From Takakia lepidozioides (Eukaryota; Plantae; Bryophyta), in assembly GCA_030704615.1 (NCBI GenBank), contig JAKLZA010000309.1, positions 1-12,407 of the forward strand: a DNA stretch of 12,407 bases, in the 5' to 3' direction. A program made the translations under genes and the position numbers. The notes under the pieces are model-generated. The model was not told the origin of the DNA. It did not search any database and was given only the letters and a program-made list of their open reading frames with translations. This document shows, in pieces, positions 8,501 to 12,407 of the stretch. Within the stretch, counting starts at the first letter, position 1. Every line of letters begins with the position of its first letter.

Positions 8501-11096
8501 GCCTCGATGGGGAGGCAAATGATATATTAGTCTGTTGTGTCTCCGCACGTGTTCGCACACATGCAGGCAAAAGAGGGGTTTCAACCACATCCGTTCAATG
8601 GGTGCAATAGCCGTGCATGCATTGCAGGATTTCTTTTTCGCATTGAACAAAAACCAGATGACAAGTGAACGCCTCATTGGACAATCGAACGATTTTCGAT
8701 TGATCTCGTATCAGAGGGTACATTGAACACACTGGCCAAGTTTCAATTTTTGGCGGGGGAGTAGCCGTGGGATGCTGGAAGCCGCAGAACAAAATCGATA
8801 CGTGCCAAAAACCCCCACTGAAAGGCAGTGCAAACCTATTTATTGGCTTAAAATAAATTTAAATTGTGGAATGGCTTGAGGGGGGAGCGCCTCGATGGGG
8901 AGGCAAATGATATATTAGTCTGTTGTGTCTCCGCACGTGTTCGCACACATGCAGGCAAAAGAGGGGTTTCAACCACATCCGTTCAATGGGTGCAATAGCC
9001 GTGCATGCATTGCAGGATTTCTTTTTCGCATTGAACAAAAACCAGATGACAAGTGAACGCCTCATTGGACAATCGAACGATTTTCGATTGATCTCGTATC
9101 AGAGGGTACATTGAACACACTGGCCAAGTTTCAATTTTTGGCGGGGAGTAGCCGTGGGATGCTGGAAGCCGCAGAACAAAATCGATACGTGCCAAAAACC
9201 CCCACTGAAAGGCAGTGCAAACCTATTTATTGGCTTAAAATAAATTTAAATTGTGGAATGGCTTGAGGGGGGAGCGCGTCGATGGGGAGGCAAATGATAT
9301 ATTAGTCTGTTGTGTCTCCGCACCTGTGTCGCACAGATGCAGGCAAAAGAGGGGTTTCAACCACATCCGTTCAATGGGTGCAATAGCCGTGCATGCATTG
9401 CAGGATTTCTTTTTCGCATTGAACAAAAACCAGATGACAAGTGAACGCCTCATTGGACAATCGAACGATTTTCGATTGATCTCGTATCAGAGGGTACATT
9501 GAACACACTGGCCAAGTTTCAATTTTTGGCGGGGGAGTAACCGTGGGATGCTGGAAGCCGCAGAACAAAATCGATACGTGCCAAAAACCCCCACTGAAAG
9601 GCAGTGCAAACCTATTTATTGGCTTAAAATAAATTTAAATTGTGGAAAGGCTTGAGGGGGGATCGCGTCGATGGGGAGGCAAATGATATATTAGTCTGTT
9701 GTGTCTCCGCACATGTTTCGCACACATGCAGGCAAAAGAGGGGTTTCAACCACATCCGTTCAATGGGTGCAATAGCCGTGCATGCATTGCACGATTTCTT
9801 TTTCGCATTGAACAAAAACCAGATGACAAGTGAACGCCTCATTGGACAATCGAACGATTTTCGATTGATCTCGTATTACACTGGGACGTATCAGAGGGTA
9901 CATTGAACACACTGGCCAAGTTTCAATTTTTGGCGGGGGAGTAGCCGTGGGATGCTGGAAGCCGCAGAACAAAATCGATACATGCCAAAAACCCCCACTG
10001 AAAGGCAGTGCAAACCTATTTATTGGCTTAAAATAAATTTAAATTGTGGAATGGCTTGAGGGGGGAGCGCGTCGATGGGGAGGCAAATGATATATTAGTC
10101 TGTTGTGTCTCCGCACATGTGTCGCACACATGCAGGCAAAAGAGGGGTTTCAACCACATCCGTTCAATGGGTGCAATAGCCGTGCATGCATTGCAGGATT
10201 TCTTTTTCGCATTGAACAAAAACCAGATGACAAGTGAACACCTCATTGGACAATCGAACGATTTCGATTGATCTCGTATACACTGGGACGTATCAGATGG
10301 TACATTGAACACACTGGCCAAGTTTCAATTTTTGGCGGGGGGAGTAGCCGTGGGATGCTGGAAGCCGCAGAACAAAATCGATACGTGCCAAAAACCCCCA
10401 CTGAAAGGCAGTGCAAACCTATTTATTGGCTTAAAATAAAATTTAAATTGTGGAATGGCTTGAGGGGGGGAGCGCGTCGATGGGGAGGCAAATGATATAT
10501 TAGTCTGTTGTGTCTCCGCACATGTGTCGCACACATGCAGGCAAAAGAGGGGTTTCAACCACATCCGTTCAATGGGTGCAATAGCCGTGCATGCATTGCA
10601 GGATTTCTTTTTCGCATTGAACAAAAAACCAGATGACAAGTGAACGCCTCATTGGACAATCGAACGATTTTCGATTGATCTCGTATCAGAGGGTACATTG
10701 AACACACTGGCCAAGTTTCAATTTTTGGCGGGGGAGTAGCCGTGGGATGCTGGAAGCCGCAGAACAAAATCGATACGTGCCAAAAACCCCCACTGAAAGG
10801 CAGTGCAAAACCTATTTATTGGCTTAAATAAAAATTTAAATTGTGGAATGGCTTGAGGGGGGAGCGCGTCGATGGGGAGGCAAATGATATATTAGTCTGT
10901 GTGTCTCCGCACATGTGTCGCACACATGCAGGCAAAAGAGGGGTTTCAACCACATCCGTTCAATGGTGCAATAGCCGTGCATGCATTGCAGGATTTCTTT
11001 TTCGCATTGAACAAAAACCAGATGACAAGTGAACGCCTCATTGGACAATCGAACGATTTTCGATTGATCTCGTATTACACTGGGACGTATCAGATG
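5564..11096. repeat. Higher-order repeat with ~3.54-kb (9-monomer) period; block 5564-7553 recurs at 9106-11096
   Basis: Both blocks have the order [CCTGTGTCG short], [GGAAAGG/GATCGCG/ATGTTTCG/TTGCACG long], [ATGTGTCG long], [ATGTGTCG short], [ATGTGTCG long, CAGATGG]. Each block is preceded and followed by GCCTCG-type short monomers. Confidence 0.85.
7554..9105. repeat. Run of four short-class (388 bp) monomers of the same subtype
   Basis: Anchors at 7554, 7942, 8330, 8718 and 9106 give a period of exactly 388. The diagnostic variants are the same as in 4400-5563. Confidence 0.93.
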
Positions 11097-12318
11097 GTAC
11101 ATTGAACACACTGGCCAAGTTTCAATTTTTGGCGGGGAGGGAGTAGCCGTGGGATGCTGGAAGCCGCAGAACAAAATCGATACGTGCCAAAAACCCCACT
11201 GAAAGGCAGTGCAAACCTATTTATTGGCTTAAAATAAATTTAAATTGTGGAATGGCTTGAGGGGGAGCGCCTCGATGGGGAGGCAAATGATATATTAGTC
11301 TGTTGTGTCTCCGCACGTGTTCGCACACATGCAGGCAAAAAGAGGGTTTCAACCACATCCGTTCAATGGGTTGCAAAGCCGTGCATGCATTGCAGGATTT
11401 CTTTTTCGCATTGAACAAAAACCAGATGACAAGTGAACGCCTCATTGGACAATCGAACGATTTTCGATTGATCTCGTATCAGAGGGTACATTGAACACAC
11501 TGGCCAAGTTTCAATTTTTGGGGGGGAGTAGCCGTGGGATGCTGGAAGCCGCAGAACAAAATCGATAGTGCCAAAAACCCCCACTGAAAGGCAGTGCAAA
11601 CCTATTTATTGGCTTAAAATAAATTTAAATTGTGGAATGGCTTGAGGGGGGAGCGCCTCGATGGGGAGGCAAATGATATATTAGTCTGTTGTGTCTCCGC
11701 ACGTGTTCGCACACATGCAGGCAAAAGAGGGGTTTAACCACATATCGTCAATGGGTGCAATAGCCGTTGCATGCATTGCAGGATTTCTTTTCGCATTGAA
11801 CAAAAACCAGATGACAAAGTGAACGCCTCATTGGACTCGAACGATTTCGATTGATCTCGTATTACACTGGGACGTATCAGATGTACATTGAACACACTGG
11901 CCAAGTTTCAATTTTTGGCGGGGGAGTAGCCGTGGGATGCTGGAAGCCGCAGAACCAAACGATACGTGCCAAAAAACCCCACTGAAAGCAGTGCAAACCT
12001 ATTATTGGCTTAAAATAAATTTAAATTGTGGAATGGCTTGAGGGGGGAGCGCCCGATGGGGAGGCAAATGATATATTAGTCTGTGGTCTCCGCAAGTGTT
12101 CGCACAAATGCAGGCAAAAGAGGGGTTTCAACCACATCCGTCAATGGGTTGCAATAGCCGTGCATTGCATTGCAGGATTTCTTTTTCGCATTGAACAAAA
12201 ACCAGATGACAAGTGAACGCCTCATTGGACAATCGAACGATTGATTGATCTCGATCAGGGGTACATTGAACACACTTGCCAGTTTCAATTTTTGGCGGGG
12301 GAGTAGCCGTGGGATGCT

Positions 12319-12407
12319 CACTAATATGGTGGAAATGTCTGTTTGTCTTAAGAAGCCATCATGACATAGAAGGCTTAAGAACAAAAAACAAAAATAAGAG
12401 CATTTCT
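12319..12407. other. Non-array terminal segment, largely an imperfect inverted repeat (12332-12406)
   Basis: Similarity to the monomer stops after GGGATGCT (12318). Nested inverted pairs follow: GAAATG/CATTTC, TCTTAAG/CTTAAGA, AAGCC/GGCTT and ATG/CAT, centred near 12364. Confidence 0.75.

Larger units (their letters stand above)
1..12318. repeat. Long tandem array (satellite-like) of a ~388/~404-bp monomer; 31 complete copies plus two partial copies
   Basis: The anchor GTACATTGAACACAC recurs at 21, 425, 829, 1216, 1621, 2024, 2412, 2801, 3205, 3608, 3997, 4400, 4788, 5176, 5564, 5953, 6357, 6761, 7149, 7554, 7942, 8330, 8718, 9106, 9494, 9898, 10300, 10693, 11097, 11486, 11883 and 12261. All copies are in the same orientation with no unique spacer. 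The window starts inside a monomer, so the array probably continues to the left. Confidence 0.99.

Noticed and set aside
1-12318. CRISPR array or repeat-spacer system
   Set aside because: There are no unique spacers. The whole ~400-bp unit is repeated, variants are point alleles shared between copies, and no cas-like ORF is present.
1-12318. Rolling-circle/MDA concatemer or repeated passes of a single ~390-bp circle
   Set aside because: Monomers carry recurrent, linked multi-site haplotypes and two length classes in structured order, which one template with random errors would not produce. The larger blocks also differ from each other (8 vs 9 monomers, different content).
151-12384. Dozens of 62-119-aa ORFs on both strands (e.g. 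1270-1629 and 7203-7562, 119 aa)
   Set aside because: They are the same overlapping frames repeated in each monomer. They are freely broken or fused by 1-bp indels between copies, many begin at non-ATG codons, and I recognise no domain. Nothing indicates coding constraint.

Overview
About 99% of this window (1-12318) is one head-to-tail tandem array. It holds 31 complete monomers plus partial copies at both ends. Monomers fall into two length classes, ~388 bp and ~404 bp, set by a 15-bp indel. The copies are nearly identical but carry shared, linked variants that define monomer subtypes and an emerging higher-order repeat (HOR) organisation, with units of 3 and about 8-9 monomers. The array ends abruptly at 12318, followed by 89 bp of unrelated sequence that is mostly an imperfect fold-back palindrome. 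Private 1-bp indels rise sharply after ~10.2 kb, as expected at a low-coverage long-read contig end. No protein-coding gene, rRNA, tRNA or CRISPR array is supported, and all listed ORFs are by-products of the repeat. The simplest reading is satellite DNA, probably eukaryotic; I cannot name the family or host. A testable but unproven alternative is a tandem small-RNA gene array, because each monomer carries a hairpin, a GT donor-like site, a second hairpin, an Sm-site-like AATTTTTGG and a weak third hairpin, in the order seen in spliced-leader RNAs.
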